From the NCBI GenBank assembly GCA_030390025.1, contig CM059432.1, positions 15,316,001 through 15,380,000 on the forward strand: a DNA stretch of 64,000 nucleotides, in the 5' to 3' direction. The stretch is from Squalus acanthias. Lineage: Eukaryota. A model generated the notes under the pieces. It was given only the letters and a program-made list of their open reading frames with translations. It was not told where the DNA came from and did not search any database. A program made the translations under genes and the position numbers. Below, piece by piece: positions 1 through 13,000 of this stretch (positions are counted from its first letter, which is position 1; every line of letters begins with the position of its first letter).

Positions 1-212
1 TGACTTGATGACATGTGCCTGGAAAACACTGCATGCTACCTTGTACTTGTTAGGTTTGGTTCTGGGTGGCTCAGGGCTGACATTATGATTCATAATAGTG
101 TGACGGTGGAACTCGTTGCAGCTTTACCCAAGCAGGTACTTTATTTTACCTTGTAGTACAACTTGCTGCAAAGTGCTTCTCTTTCTATTTCTTGGGGTTG
201 GCATTACTTATT

Positions 213-972
213 GGGCCAGAAATTCGGCTCCCTGGCTTCCCGCGGGTGCAAGGATTGCGCGCGCACCTACCTACCGCGCCTGCCGTTGACCCCTGGGCCC
301 ACGAGCAATTCGGGTCCTGGGCCTCCTCCAACTGCTGGCGCGCAGGGCTTGCGTATCCCAGGGGCGTAGTTAGTGTGATGTGTCCCCTGGGATCACGTGG
401 GCCATGGAGAGCCAATGGCAGCAGACCATCTTTCATTCATAGATTTGACAGGACCTGTCAAATCTATGAATACAGATCGGCCCCAAACATCCCTAAAACT
501 ACAAATAATTTTTTTTTTTAATCACATTTTTAAAATAACTATAAATTACATTAATTAACCATTTTAAACAAAAATTTAAATTTTTGAAACAATTAATTAC
601 ACTTTTTAACGGGGTTAAAACTAAACTTACCTTTCTTTAAAGTAATTAAAAAAGATAAATCTGTGAAAAAAATGTTTAAATTTTTATAAAATCAACACTT
701 ACCTTGTTAAAAGAAGGCCTTGCACCTCCTTTTTCAATGTGCATCTTCTCCGTGCTTGCCCTCACGGAGGAACCTGTAAAAAAACCCGAAGTGCGAGGCG
801 AACGCGCTGGCCCTCCGGCGTGCGCGTTCGACCTCTGAACCCCTTCCTTCAGGGGAACGGAAGTGTCGGTTTCCCGCGCATGCGCAGTGCATGCAAGAAA
901 CCGGCACTTTCGTTCCGTCCACGGGTGAGTACATAGTGCGTACTCACCCGTGGCGAGCCTAATTTCTGCCCC
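213..972. mobile_element. Non-autonomous PIF/Harbinger-type MITE (family A)
   Basis: TIRs GGGCCAGAAATTCGGCTC / GAGCCTAATTTCTGCCCC, 3-bp TSD ATT (210-212, 973-975), homologous inverted copy at 41444-45672. Confidence 0.8.
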
Positions 973-1388
973 ATTATGTTTAAATTGTAGATAGTAATTT
1001 TGGGTGTGGAGATATTTTGTGCTTTATTCCCCCACCACCTGCCACCCCACCTCCGCTCCAGTTTGCTTGACTCTTCTTCAGAAGGCACTGATCTTGCTGG
1101 AGGTACCGAACTATGGCACCATCTACCCTTTGGCACCTCATCCGGCAAGCCATCCTTCTACACGAGCCCAGACTGTGGGTATAAGTCGATTATTTGACCA
1201 CTCAGGGTATCATAGCCAAACCAAATCTTATTGTCCACATACATAAACTTTCCAAGCAAGGGTCACTGGATAGCAACTGGGGAAAGAACCCTGGCCGATT
1301 TTTTTTCTTCCGTTGCCCAAGATCACTTCGGTCAATAATAAATAGTAACCTTGCCACCCGAGTTGAGGTGAGCTAACTCGGCACAGCC

Positions 1389-1670
1389 TCGGGATGCCAA
1401 TCCTCCAGCATTGCCCTGGAGTCTTCAGGAATTAAAGATGAATCTTCTGGACGCTGTTGCGAGCAAACCCCGGGAGAAAAATCATAGGAGCATTAAAAAA
1501 AATGGTGTTTTTAAAAAAAAAATTATTTGAACACTTTTATTTATTAGTTATAAAAGTATTGGTGATGGGGCGGCGGGGGGAAAGGCAGTTTGACTGGGGA
1601 GGGCGATTGGAGGTCGGAGGTCACGTGATGAAACCTCCATGAATGCATCCAACCAGAGCTGGCAACCCTA
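1389..1670. mobile_element. hAT-type MITE (TAGGGTTGCCA-like TIRs)
   Basis: Ends tcgggatgccaa...tggcaacccta, flanked by 8-bp GCACAGCC / GCACAGCT. Related copies at ~32209-32462 and ~59955-60015. Confidence 0.65.
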
Positions 1671-2079
1671 GCACAGCTCGGACGTTCAACCTGAGACCTT
1701 CTCTAACACCTCACTTCCACACTTCCGAACTGCTTCCAAACTTAAGCAGTAGGGCAGGTGCAGATTTTGTATTTTTACATTAAATCTCAGATGTGAGCTT
1801 AAACACATACACATTCGAGCTCGGCGCAGCAAATTAGATTGCAGACCTGGCAAGGAGGTTCAATGTAAAGCACACGGAAAGTCAAATAAGAAGGTCAAAT
1901 AACAACACAGGAAGAAAAGAACATTTTCCAACCGAACTTCACAGCGGCAAGAATCATATCCACCAGCATCGTGCTCCAATAAATAGGGGTCTTATCGTTT
2001 GATATGAAGCAGTGTACAATAAGCCAGACTTGATTGTCAGCTTAAAATATGACCTTTTGTTTCCAGTAATAAAACAAAC

Positions 2080-2205
2080 CTGTTGGTATCCATGGATCCA
2101 TGAAAGGTTTCACCATTGTGTTTACTTGATCCCAGTCAAGGTCACTGTCATCCAGTCTCTGACTGTACCCACAAACACCGAACGGTTCATCAAAGGAGCA
2201 GCTTC
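2080..2205 (-). CDS. PTPRM: Internal coding exon (probable exon 2) of a type IIB receptor protein tyrosine phosphatase, N-terminal part of the MAM domain; PTPRM-like, PTPRT not excluded
   Basis: Translates (G)SCSFDEPFGVCGYSQRLDDSDLDWDQVNTMVKPFMDPWIPT(G), matching the CxFDEP-x3-CGYSQ...WxQVNT..KP..DPW.P.G pattern I recall for PTPRM. Pyrimidine tract plus tgcAG acceptor at 2207-2206, ACAG|GTTTGT donor at 2079-2078, 126 bp, phase 1 at both ends. Confidence 0.8.
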
Positions 2206-3387
2206 CTGCAGAAGCAGAAGAAAAAAGAATGAGCAAAAAAAAAAAAATCCATTTCAATTTAAAAAGCATGCATTCATATCTTTCGTAGTCGGAGATTTTT
2301 AATTAAAATTCCCTTTGATGAAAGGACGAGGCAGCCCTTTCTTCACTCTGAATGGTCTGCACAACAAAAGTCATCTTTAATGCACCACCTCAAACAAGAA
2401 GTCCAATCACACAATCTTAACACTTTCATATCTGCAGCACTTTCAAGACCATTGAGATCCTGTCGTCATTAATTTTATGAAACACTGGAGCTGTGTGAAA
2501 AGTTATTACTTTTTTTTTATTAGGATTAGACATGAATTTTATCTGGAATGTGTGAAAATTCATTCTTACTTTCCGGTTTCTAAAAGCATTAGCCTACAAA
2601 CAAGTGTCAGCGAACAGCACAGAAGCAATAAGGTCAGATTAGAGGGCTGGGTTGCATAGACATTTTAAACATTGCTGTTTAAACACCACTTCTGGGACCA
2701 GGGTTTAAACTGATTGGATGAAAGCACCTCTCTCTCTCTCTCTGTCTCTGTCTCTGTCTCTCACTCTGCTCATGTAGATTGTGAGGATCTTGTGTAAAAT
2801 GGGTCAGGCAGCCTCAACCCAGTTGAAAGGGCCTAAACACAAAGCTACCTACAATTCTGGATCAGCGGGCACTGAAGGGCCTACTTCACTCTTAGCACAC
2901 TGGCCGTACATTAAATGGGAATTTTTTTCCTCAAGTTGTTTTTAGTGGACTTTCAGGAGCACACAGGGTTTACTCATTACACATTCTTGGAGCTCAAATG
3001 TGTTACGACTAATGAGAAACTGAGCAGCCGAACAAGAAGAATCAATTCTGAATCATCAATTAACCTCCTTAATAGGCATAGAAACGCATTTATTCAAGAG
3101 ATGTATGGACAAACATGTCTTATTTCAAGGAAAAAGCTGAGGTAAGCAATATGGATCACTGTCAGTTACCTCACACTGCTACAGTACATATGTCAATGGA
3201 TGTCAATTACTCTGCATTGCTATATACGGGCACAAATGCCAACTATCTTACATTTGTTACGTCAACTTCGTCCATCTGAATAGTTTCACCCCACGGTATT
3301 GTTAAGCTGAATTTAACTAGTACCATGCTGGAAGTAAAGAATAAAGAGATGACCAAGATGTTTCTGAGCTATTACCAAAGGCAGTTT

Positions 3388-3860
3388 ACCACTCTCCTGG
3401 CCACACTCCCACCTACCACCCTCCGTAAACTTCAGCTCAGCCAAACCTCTGCTGCCCGTATCCTCACTCGCACCAAGACCCGCTCACCTGTGCTTGCTGA
3501 CCAACATTGGCTCCCGGTCCAGCAACGCCTTGATTTTAAAATTCTTATCCTTGTGTTCAAATCCCTCCATGGCCTCACCCCTCCCTATCTCTATAACCTC
3601 ATCCAGCCCTACAACCCGCCGAGATCTCCGCGCTCCTCCAATCTTGGCCTCTTGCGCAACCCCGATTTTCTTCACTCCATCATTGGCGGCCGTGCCTTCA
3701 GCTGCCTAGGCCCTAAGCTCTGGAATTCCCTCCCTTAAGCTCTCAACCTCTCTATCTATCTCTCTCCTCCTTTAATTTGTTCTTTAAAACCTACCTCTTT
3801 GACCAGGCTTTCGGTCATCTGTCCCAATATCCCTTTAGGTGGCTCGGGGTCAAATTTCGT
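3388..3860 (+). mobile_element. L2-clade LINE 3' remnant
   Basis: LQLSQTSAARILTRTK...HWLPVQQRLDFKILILVFKSLHGLTPPYL...GGRAFSCLGPKLWNSLP is a typical L2 ORF2 C-terminus. Confidence 0.8.
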
Positions 3861-4397
3861 CTGATGCAAATTGTTGTTAGTGTTGGGTAAGTGACAGGAG
3901 AAGCAACCGAAAGCATGAAGGGCCCACAAAAACAGACCAGGACAGACAGCTTCAGGCCCACAAGCAAGGCTGTCAAGTTAAACAATGCTTAGAAGTAGAA
4001 TTGCAAGCAGGTCTCAGGAGACCTCGCAGGAGCTTTCCACACCTACTCCTTCCAAAATGAAAAACAAAATAGAACACAACAGACTAGTGCTGGGAACTCT
4101 TTGTGGCTCCCTCTGGTGCTGTAAAACTGGCTTAAATGGGAAAAAAATTAATGCAGTGCGGGAATTAAGTAAATCTGCATGTTTGACATAAATTGCTACT
4201 TAGCAATTACTTAACAAGCAAAGGATATGTTTGTGCATTAACATGTTGGGAATATTTACTCCCAGGAACAAGTGTAGGAATATGGACAAAAATTAATGCT
4301 CACTGATATTAACTGTTGCTCTGCTCCTTTTTTCCCAGTGCTATGCTATTATATTAAGTGACAATTTGATAATCCAAACTCGACTCTTTGACAAAGA

Positions 4398-4822
4398 TGT
4401 TAGCTCAGTCGGCAGCACTCTTGTTTTCTCAGTCAGAAGGTCGTGGGTTCAAGTCCCACTCCAGAGACTTGAGCACAAAATCTAGGCCGACACTCCAGTG
4501 CAGTACTGAGGGAGTGCTGCACTGTCGGAGGTGCTGTCTTTTGGATGAGATGTTAAAGCGAGTCTGCTCTCTCAGGTGGATGTAAAAAGATTCCATGGCA
4601 CTATTCGAAGAAGAGCGGGGAGTTCTCTCCAGTGTTCTGGCCAATATTTATCCCTCGACCAACACCTAAAAACAGATTAACTGGTCATTATCTCGTTACT
4701 GTTTGTGGGAGCTTGCTGTGCACAAATTGACTGCCGCATTTCCTACGTTACAACAGTGACTACACTTCAAAAGTACCTTGTTGGCTGTAAAGTGCTTTGG
4801 GGCGTCCTGGGGTTGTGAAAGG
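4398..4822 (+). mobile_element. tRNA-derived Deu-domain SINE (SacSINE1-like)
   Basis: tRNA head with GGTTCAAGTCC B-box, then CAGTACTGAGGGAGTGCTGCACTGTCGGAGGTGC core; many copies in the window. Confidence 0.75.
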
Positions 4823-5845
4823 CCCCTCCTCCCACGTCCATGCCTACTGGAGAGCAAAGATAACCACCAGCTTCTTTTCTCCACTATCAACCCTCTAAGG
4901 GCAAGGCCTCCATGTCACCAAACTCTCCGGGTGCACCATACGCTTTGGGAATCGCGCACACCATTCCTGCCCCCCTTTTAAAATTGGGGCCATCATTTCA
5001 GTGAGCGAGTGTTAAGTCTATGGAACAGGCTCCCTCGGGAGATGGCAGAAGCAAATAATGTTGATTCATTCAAGTGCAAATGAGATCGATTTCTTTTTAG
5101 AAAATAATAATTTGGGTTATAGTGTGAGAGTAATTTGAGACATGAATTATGGAGAGTAAGCATATGGTGAGGAACAGGTCACTTTGAACCAATGGTTCTA
5201 AAGTTTTCCACCACTGGGGGTTATCCTCGCCTTATGTCTGGGTCTGTTGCGGACTAATTGATCGAGATTTATTGCCATGATTATTCAACAGCTCCATTGT
5301 TGTTGTATCATGCGACGACCAGGATGGTAGAAAGCGAACTAGATGGATCTTGGTCTTTTTTTGTCTGGTAATCCCTGTGTTCCTAGGACGTTAGACAGCC
5401 TGCACCTAAGTAATAAGTCTAAAATGGCTACAGCTTTAAAAGCTATTCAGTGAACGCTACACCTTAGCGCCATATATATATTGGTCAAGTTTGGCTCACA
5501 GTAATAGAAATTCTGGAAAAGTCTTTGGCCTAGATTTCACACAAATAAAATCATGCAAGTTTTCAAAGCTGCATTAGTCATCCGATACTCAGCAGATAAG
5601 GAATTCCAGGTCATGGAAATCTGATTTGACCCGGCTGATTCAGACAGATTGGTCACTGTGGTGAAGTGTTCAAATATCAGGGGAGACCAGTTAAAAATAA
5701 AAAGTTCGGGTCAGGAAGAGAAAGTAGGTGGAATTCATTTTGCACAAAGGGTAAATGACTTGTCAATACGTTGCAAGGGAGTCATTTCATGGAGACAACA
5801 GAAATGGGTTTTAAACGCATTCCTGGAGAGAGCTGGTATAAGAGG

Positions 5846-6293
5846 TCTTCTTCTTCTTCTTAGGCAGTCCCTCGGAACCGAGGATGACTTGTTTCCGCAT
5901 TAAAAATGAGTTCTCAGGTGGCTGATGAGTCCGATGCAGGACCTACAGTCTCTGTCACAGGTGGGGCAGACGGTGGTTGAAGGGGCGGGTGGGTGGGGTG
6001 CTTGGGTTGACGTGCGCTCCTTGCACTGCCTGCGCTTGGCTTCCGCTTGCTCCCGGCGAAGAGACTCGAGGTGTTTGGCGCCTTCCAGGATGCTTCTCCT
6101 CCACTTCGTGCGGTCTTGGGCCAGGGATTCCCAGGTGTCGGTGGGGATATTGCACTTTTTCAAGGAGGCTTTGAGGGTGTCCTTGAAGCGTTTCCTCTGC
6201 CCACCTGGGGCTCTCTTGCCGTGAAGGAGCTCCGAGTAGAGCGCTTGTTTTGGGAGTCTCATATCGGGCATGCAGGACGATGTGACCTGTCCA
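5846..6293 (-). mobile_element. RTE-clade LINE, 5'-truncated
   Basis: RLPKQALYSEL..GKR..GGQRKRFKDTLK, C-terminal CPTC..HLRTH zinc finger, (AAG)n tail. Confidence 0.8.
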
Positions 6294-6585
6294 TTGGTGA
6301 GAAAACAGGTAAGTGGGGTTGGAGGTTCAGTTGCACGGCAACTGTACCATTAGAGCAGTGTGGGCTTAGGTTGCACTTATAACTAAAGTGTTGCTTAACA
6401 CTGAAGCTACAGTTATAGTGTAGGTGCAACTTAAATCGGGAGTCGGGGCTCAGCGTTGCACTGAAGTGAAGCAGCCCAGAGAAGGCAGTCTCACTCTGCT
6501 TTACTCCACAGTCAGATCAGGCGTTAACTCTAGAGTTACACCATGCGAGTTTAGAAGCAAACACTATTTTGCACTGATGCAAAAC

Positions 6586-7168
6586 TTACATAGCATTACA
6601 CGGAATATACAGCACAGAAACAGGCCATTCGGCCCAACCGATCCATGCTGGTGTTTATCCTTCCTCATCTACCTCTATCAGCGTAACCCTCTATTTCTTT
6701 CTCCCTCATGTGCTTGTCTAGCCTCCCCTTAAATGCATCCACACTATTCGCTTCAACCACTCCCTGTGGTAGCGAGTTCCACATTCTCACCACTCTTTGG
6801 GTAAAGAAGTTTCTTCTGAATTCCCTATTGGATTTCTTGGTGACTAACTTTGCTCTTCCCCCCAAGAAGAAACACTCTCTCTGTATCCACTCTATCAAAC
6901 CTTTCATAATTTTAAAGATCTCTATTAGGTCACCCCTCAGACTTCTCATTTCAAGAGAAAAGAGACCCAGCCTGTTCATCCTTTCCTGATAGGTATACCC
7001 TCGCAGTTCTGGTATCATCCCTGTAAATCCTTTTTGCACCCTCTCCAGTGTCTCTATATCCTTTTTATAATATGGCGACCAGAACTGTACACAGTTCTCC
7101 AAGTGTGGTCTAACCAAGGTTCGATACAATTTTAACATAACTTCCCTACTTTTCAATTCTATCCCTCT
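6586..7168 (-). mobile_element. CR1-clade LINE 3' fragment
   Basis: LYRTLVRPHLENCVQFWSP...FFTQRVVRMWNSLP. Confidence 0.85.
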
Positions 7169-7169
7169 A

Positions 7170-7925
7170 AAAAAACAGGCTGAAAACAGAATATTTTTCA
7201 AATGGTGAGAAACTATTAAATGTTGGTATTCAGAGAGATTGAAGTGTCCTCGTACAGGAAACACAGAGAGTTAGCATGCAGGTACAGCAAGCAATAAGGA
7301 AGGCAAATGGCATGTTGGCCTTTATTGCAAGGGCTTTGGAGTATAAAAGTAAGGAAGTCTTGCTACACTTGTACAGGCTTTGGTGAGACTGCTCCTGTGG
7401 CACAGTTTTGATCTCCTTATCTGAGGAAGGATATACATGCCTTGGAGGCGGTGCAACAAGGTTCATTCGATTGATTCCTGGGATGAGAGGGCTGTCCTAT
7501 GATGAGAGATTGTGTAGAATGGGCCTATAATCTCTGGAGTTTAGAAGAATGAGAGGTGATTCTGAAGGGGATTGACAGGGTAGATGCTGAGAGGTTGTTT
7601 CCTCTGGCTGGAGTGTCTAGAACTAGGGGCATAGTCTCAGGATAAGGTGTCGGCCTTTTAAGGCTGAGATGAGGAGGAATTTCTTCACTCAGAGGGTTGT
7701 GAATCTTTGAATTCTCTACCCCAAAGGGCCATGGATGTTGAGTCGTTGAGTATATTCAAGGCTGAGATAGATAGCTTTTTGGACTCTAGGGGAATCAAGG
7801 GATATGGAGATCGGGCGAGAAAGTGGAGTTGGGGTCGAAGATCAGCCATGATCTTATTGAATGGCGGAGCAGGCTCGAGGGGCCGTATGGCCGACTCCTG
7901 CTCCTAATTCTTATGTTCTTAAGTT
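7170..7925 (+). mobile_element. CR1-clade LINE 3' fragment, degenerate
   Basis: Homologous to other CR1 copies; 3' UTR ggagcaggctcgaggggcc...cttatgttctt. Confidence 0.8.
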
Positions 7926-8604
7926 CTCTAGAAATAAACCATAATTTATCTGTAGTGTAAACACACACTGAGCTTAATCAAAAAGGTTTAGACTTCTTGG
8001 TCCGCTGTTGAAAAACTCTGTTCTTAAATAGTAAAGGGCTTTTATTATATTTAGTTTATTATGCATTTTGTTTTGATAGCAGTGTTTCTTGCAAGAGAAA
8101 GAGATAGGGCTCCTCATTGCTCTGGGAGCTGATTTACAAATGATTTTCAATTTAGGGCTATTTTCTGCTTTGGAGGATCGTATTCTTAATGACTGGAATT
8201 CTCCCAGGGAAGACCCTGATGATAGATGATGGGCCTCTGTGATGGAGGTAATAACATTTGAACAGATGGGCTACGTTTGGAGGAGTAACCTTGAGATTTT
8301 TAAGATGATTTAAGGTCTTCTAACGATAAATAGTTATTTACACTCTTGGCTTTCCTGCGAGCTTTTCCTTTGGGCCTCTTCCTGTTCCTGTGAGATTCTG
8401 TTACTTTTTCTCTGCTTTTGAAGGGGGCGCGCCTGTGAAGTGCCTTGAGCCATTTTACTACATTAAAGTCGCTATATAAATGCGAATTGTTATTGTTGTT
8501 GGCGTGGGGGTAGGAGCGGGGAGGAGTAAAAGAGAATGCAAAACATTCAGGTTCCTGAACTACAAGTGGGATTCAGAAATGACTCCATTAATAGTTTTTT
8601 TATA

Positions 8605-9352
8605 TATTCGTTCCTGGGATGTGGGTGGCAATGGCAAGGTCAGCATTTATTGCCTATCCCTAATTGCCCTTGAGAAGGTGGTGGTGAGCCGCCTTCCTGA
8701 ACCGCTGCAGTCCGTGTGGTGAAGGTACTCCCGCAGTGCTGTTACGGAGGGAGTTCCAGGATTTTGACCCAGCGACGATGAAGGAAGGGATGGTGATTAG
8801 ACTCTCGCTTGTTGGAGATAGTCATTGCCTGGCACTTGTGTGGCGCGAATGCTACTTGCCACTTATCAGCCCAAGCCTGAATGTCATCCAGATCTTATTG
8901 CATTCGGGCATGGACTGCTTCATTATCTGAGGAGTTGCGAATGGAACTGCACACTGTGCAATCATCAGCGAACATCCCCACTTCTGACCTTATGATGGAG
9001 GGAATGTCATTGATGAAGCAGCTGAAAATGGTTGGGCCTAGGACACTGCCCTGAGGAACTCCTGCTGCCCTGAGGAACTCCTGCAGCAATGTCCTGGGGC
9101 TGAGATGATTAATTTCCAACCACCACAACCATCTTCCTTTGTGCTGGGTATGACTCCAGCCAGTGGAGAGTTTTCCCCCTGATTCCCATTGACTTCAATT
9201 TTACTTGAGATCCTTGATGCCACACTCGGTCAAATGCTGCCTTGATGTCAAGGGCAGTCGCTCTCACCTCACCTCTGGAATTCAGCTATTTTGTCCATGT
9301 TTGGACCAAGGCTGTAATGAGGTCTGAAGCTGAGTGGTCCTGGCGGAACCCA
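8605..9352 (-). mobile_element. CR1-related LINE family B, internally deleted
   Basis: GVPQGSVLGPTIFSCFINDIP...MFADDCTV RT motifs; 3' end shared with the 12516, 34175 and 63335 copies. Confidence 0.75.
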
Positions 9353-9357
9353 AAGTT

Positions 9358-10152
9358 GATATAATGTTAAGTTATCCACTTTGGTAGGAAAAATAGAAAA
9401 ACAGAATATTTTTTAAATGGAGAGATTGGGAAATGTTGGTGTTCAGAGGGACCTGGGTGTCCTTGTACACGAATCACTGAAAGCTAACATGCAGGTATAG
9501 CAAGCAATTAGGAAAGCAAATGGGATGTTGGCCTTTATTACAAGAGGATTTGAGTACAAATGTAAAGATGTCTTACTGCAATTATATAGGGCCCTGGCGA
9601 GACCACACCTGGAGTATTGTGTACAGTTCTTAGGATAAGGAAGGATAGACTTGCCAAAGAGGGAGTGCAACGAAGGTTCGCCAGACTGGTTCCTGGGATG
9701 GGGGGAGTGTCCTATGAGGAGAGATTGAGTAGACTAGGCCTATATTCTCTAGAGTTTACAAGAATGAGAGGTGATCTCATTGAAACATACAAAATTTTTT
9801 ACAGGGTTTGACAGGGTAGATGCAGGGAGAATGTTTCCCCTGGCTGGGGAGTCTAGAACCAGGGGTCACAGTCTCAGAATAAGCCATTTAGGACTGAGAT
9901 GAGGAGAAATTTCTTCACTCAGTGGGTGGTGAATCTTTGGAATTCTCTAACCCAGAGGGCTGTGGAGGCTCAGTCGTTGAGTATATTCAAGACAGGGATC
10001 GATAGATTTTCGGATACTAAGGGTATCAAGGGATATGGGGATAGTGCAGGAAAGTGGAGTTGAGGTAGAAGATCAGCCATGATCTTACTGAATGGCGGAG
10101 CAGGCTCGAGGGGCCGAATGTCCTACTCCTGCTCCTATTTCATATGTTCTTA
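9358..10152 (+). mobile_element. CR1-clade LINE 3' fragment
   Basis: QRRFARLVPGMGGVSYEERLSRLGLYSLE and the typical 3' UTR. Confidence 0.8.
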
Positions 10153-11409
10153 CGTAATCCGTCTCCCTGCCTTTACAGCCAGGGATAGTATGTGACAGGT
10201 ATGTTGAAACTTGACATGAATTGCACAGCATAGCTGATGTGCAAACAAATAATTATGTTACTCGGAGAATTATAACTGTCGTGACTAGTTGTGATTTTCT
10301 GAACAAATACTGTCTGGATAGTACTCTGGCTGCAAATCAATTCACTGACAATACAACATAAAGAGGTCATTCAGCCCATTGTGCCTGTGCCTGTGCTATC
10401 CATTTAATCCCATTTCTATGCTTTCCCCATACCCTATTAAATGTTTATTTTCAATTTTTTATCCAATTTCCCTTTAAAAGCTGTTATGGATTCTGCTCCC
10501 ACCCTTGTTTAATCGGGAGTTCCCGAACAATTCCTCAAGTAAAAAACATTCTAACTTTTCCTTTCATCCTTTTGATAGTGATCTTATCGTTACGCCTTTA
10601 GTTACTGACGCACTGATTAGTGGAAGTAGATTTTCGCTATTTATCATCAAAGCTCCTCACGGTCGTGAGCACTCTATCAGATCGCTTCTTAACTTTCTCT
10701 GCTCAGTTTCTCTAGTCTCCCCTCATCTCTGGTATCATCCTAGTAAATCTCTCTCTCAACGATCTTGATTTCCTGCCCAAAGTAGCGTGTCCAAAACAAG
10801 ACGCAATCTAACTGTGGCCCACCAAAGATTTGTACATGCTTAGCATTCAATCTTTAAAATAACCTAAGATCCTATTTTTCTTTTGCAGTTTTAGCAACTT
10901 TTCCTCGCACTTTTAAAGATTTCTGTATCTGAACCCCTAATTCTCTCTGCTCTCTACCCCTTTTAATGTTTACCATTAGTGTATAGTCCTCTCTTTCTGC
11001 CTCGCACAATCAATTCAGGATACAGAGATGATATAGTACCAGGAATTAGATTCACCAAAAAATGCGACTTCACAAAAATAATTGAAAATGTAGAAGGTTT
11101 TTCAAAAATTGTACACGCAATGTTTCATATCACACATTGTCAGTTTTAAAATGGCTACATGAGCAATCATATTCCAATTATGTACTACCATGACACTACT
11201 TATTTGAACCTGAAAGCAGTGCTTTAGCAAAGTGAGGATCGTGAGCTTCAGTGCTCTAAGTGCATTGAACACCAACTCTTCAAAGTTTTTTGACCATCAT
11301 TTGCAATTGCAGCAGTGGCCCAGGAACAAAGTTCAGAGCCTGGGGAAGTGAGCAGAAAATCAAAGGAAGCAAGGTTACAGATGGGGGATGCGAGATTAGG
11401 CTAAATCAC

Positions 11410-11838
11410 TGCTGACTCAATGGGTAGCATGCTCGCCTCTAAGTCAGGAGGTCATGGGTTCATAGTCCCACTCCCAGAGATTTGAACATGTAATCCAGTC
11501 CAGTGCAGTACTGAGGGAGTTTTTCAGATGAGACATTAACCCGAGGCCCCATCTATCCTCTCTGGTGGACATTAAGATCCCACGGCACTATTTCGAAGAA
11601 GAACAGGGGAGTTCTCCCTGGTCTCCTGGCCAATATTTCGCCCTTAACACACACTAAAAACAGATTATCTTGTCATTATCACATTGCTGTTTGTGGGAGC
11701 TTGCTGTGCCCAAATTGGATGCCGTGTTTCCTACATTACAACAGTGACTACACTTCAAAAGTGCTTCATTGGCTGTAAAGCGCTTTGAGATATCCTGAAG
11801 TCGTGAAAGGCGCTATATAAATGTACATCCTTCCTTTC
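11410..11838 (+). mobile_element. Deu-domain SINE
   Basis: Homologous to the 57490-57958 copy. Confidence 0.7.
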
Positions 11839-12515
11839 TGTTAAAGAAAAATGAATGTGATTGAACTAGAGTTCTTGAATTGAACTTGCAGTGGCTTATA
11901 GCAGCTTCAGTTCAAAATTTCTAAACCTATACCTAAAGTACCTTGCTAACATCATCTTGGCTCTTGTCCCATTTTGGCCTGTCAAACAGACTATTCCATG
12001 GGAAGATATCAGGCCAACGTCAGGTATATTGCTGAGGGCAGGTCTTTGTGGACAGCAGTTCCGTCTTATTGAGACAGGAAGGTGCGAGTATAAACTTGAC
12101 AAGAACATTTTAGATGTATGAATAGGATTTGATTGCCCATTACTTGTCAGAACTTCAAAACGCTTTCTGTTGCAGTCGTTCCATTTGAGAATTCACTTCC
12201 ACGTGAACAAACAATTAGCAATAATAACGTTATACATTTAAATTGTGAAACAAGAAAGAGAACTATCAGAAATAAAATACTGCGAGAGGTCCTATCCAAA
12301 ATATTAACCTGTTTTTATTCTTTCCAATTTTGACTGACCTGTTGTGCATTTCCAGCATTTTCTGGGGGGTTTCTGATTTCCATCGTTCAGAGTTTTTATT
12401 TAATGCTCTGAGTAAGTCAGATTTCTAATCTATTTTAACAGCTATGTTCCTAAATTGCTTATAGAAAAATCAAAATGTACGTTTTTACAGGGCATCGTAG
12501 GGAAGCCGAACCATA

Positions 12516-13000
12516 GCCTGGATGAGTGCAGCTCCAACAACACTCAAGAAGCTCGACACCATCCAGGACAAAGCCGCTCGCTTGATTGGCACCCCATCCA
12601 CCACCTTAAACATTCACTCCTTCCACCACCGGCGTACCGTGGCTGCAGTGTGTACCATCTACAAGATGCGCTGCAGCAACTCGCCGGGGCTTCTTCGGCA
12701 GCACCTCCCAAACCCGCGACCTCTTCCACCTGGAAGGACAAGGGCAGCAGGCGCATGGGAACACCACCACCTCCAAGTTCCCCTCCAAGTCACACAACAT
12801 CCTGACTTGGAAGTATATCGGGCGATCCTTCATTGTCGCTGGGTCAAAATCCTGGAAGTCCCTCCCTAACAGCACTGTGGGAGTACCTTCACCACACGGA
12901 CTGCAGCAGTTCAAGAAGGTGGCGCACCACCACCTTCTCAAGGGCAACTAGGGATGGGCAATAAATGCTGGCCTTGCCAGCGACGCCCACATCCCATAAA
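12516..13000 (+). mobile_element. CR1-related LINE family B 3' fragment
   Basis: WMSAAPTTLKKLDTIQDKAARLIG... plus the shared 3' UTR. Confidence 0.75.

Noticed and set aside
163..521. Short ORFs repeated at 45449-45769 (MKDGLLPLALHGPRDPRG...) as a small gene family
   Set aside because: They come from GC-rich MITE sequence shared by two copies and resemble no protein I recognise.
2042..2269. 75-aa ORF with an apparent hydrophobic signal peptide (MLFKLKWIFFFLLILFSS...)
   Set aside because: The hydrophobic stretch is the translated polypyrimidine tract of the splice acceptor; only 2080-2205 is exonic.
6325..6585. Imperfect hairpin (ggttgcacttataact...agttatagtg..gtgcaac) as a structured RNA
   Set aside because: Weak, interrupted pairing; more likely a decayed palindromic DNA-transposon remnant.
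9046..9085. 19-bp tandem duplication CTGCCCTGAGGAACTCCTG
   Set aside because: Ordinary slippage duplication inside a dead LINE.
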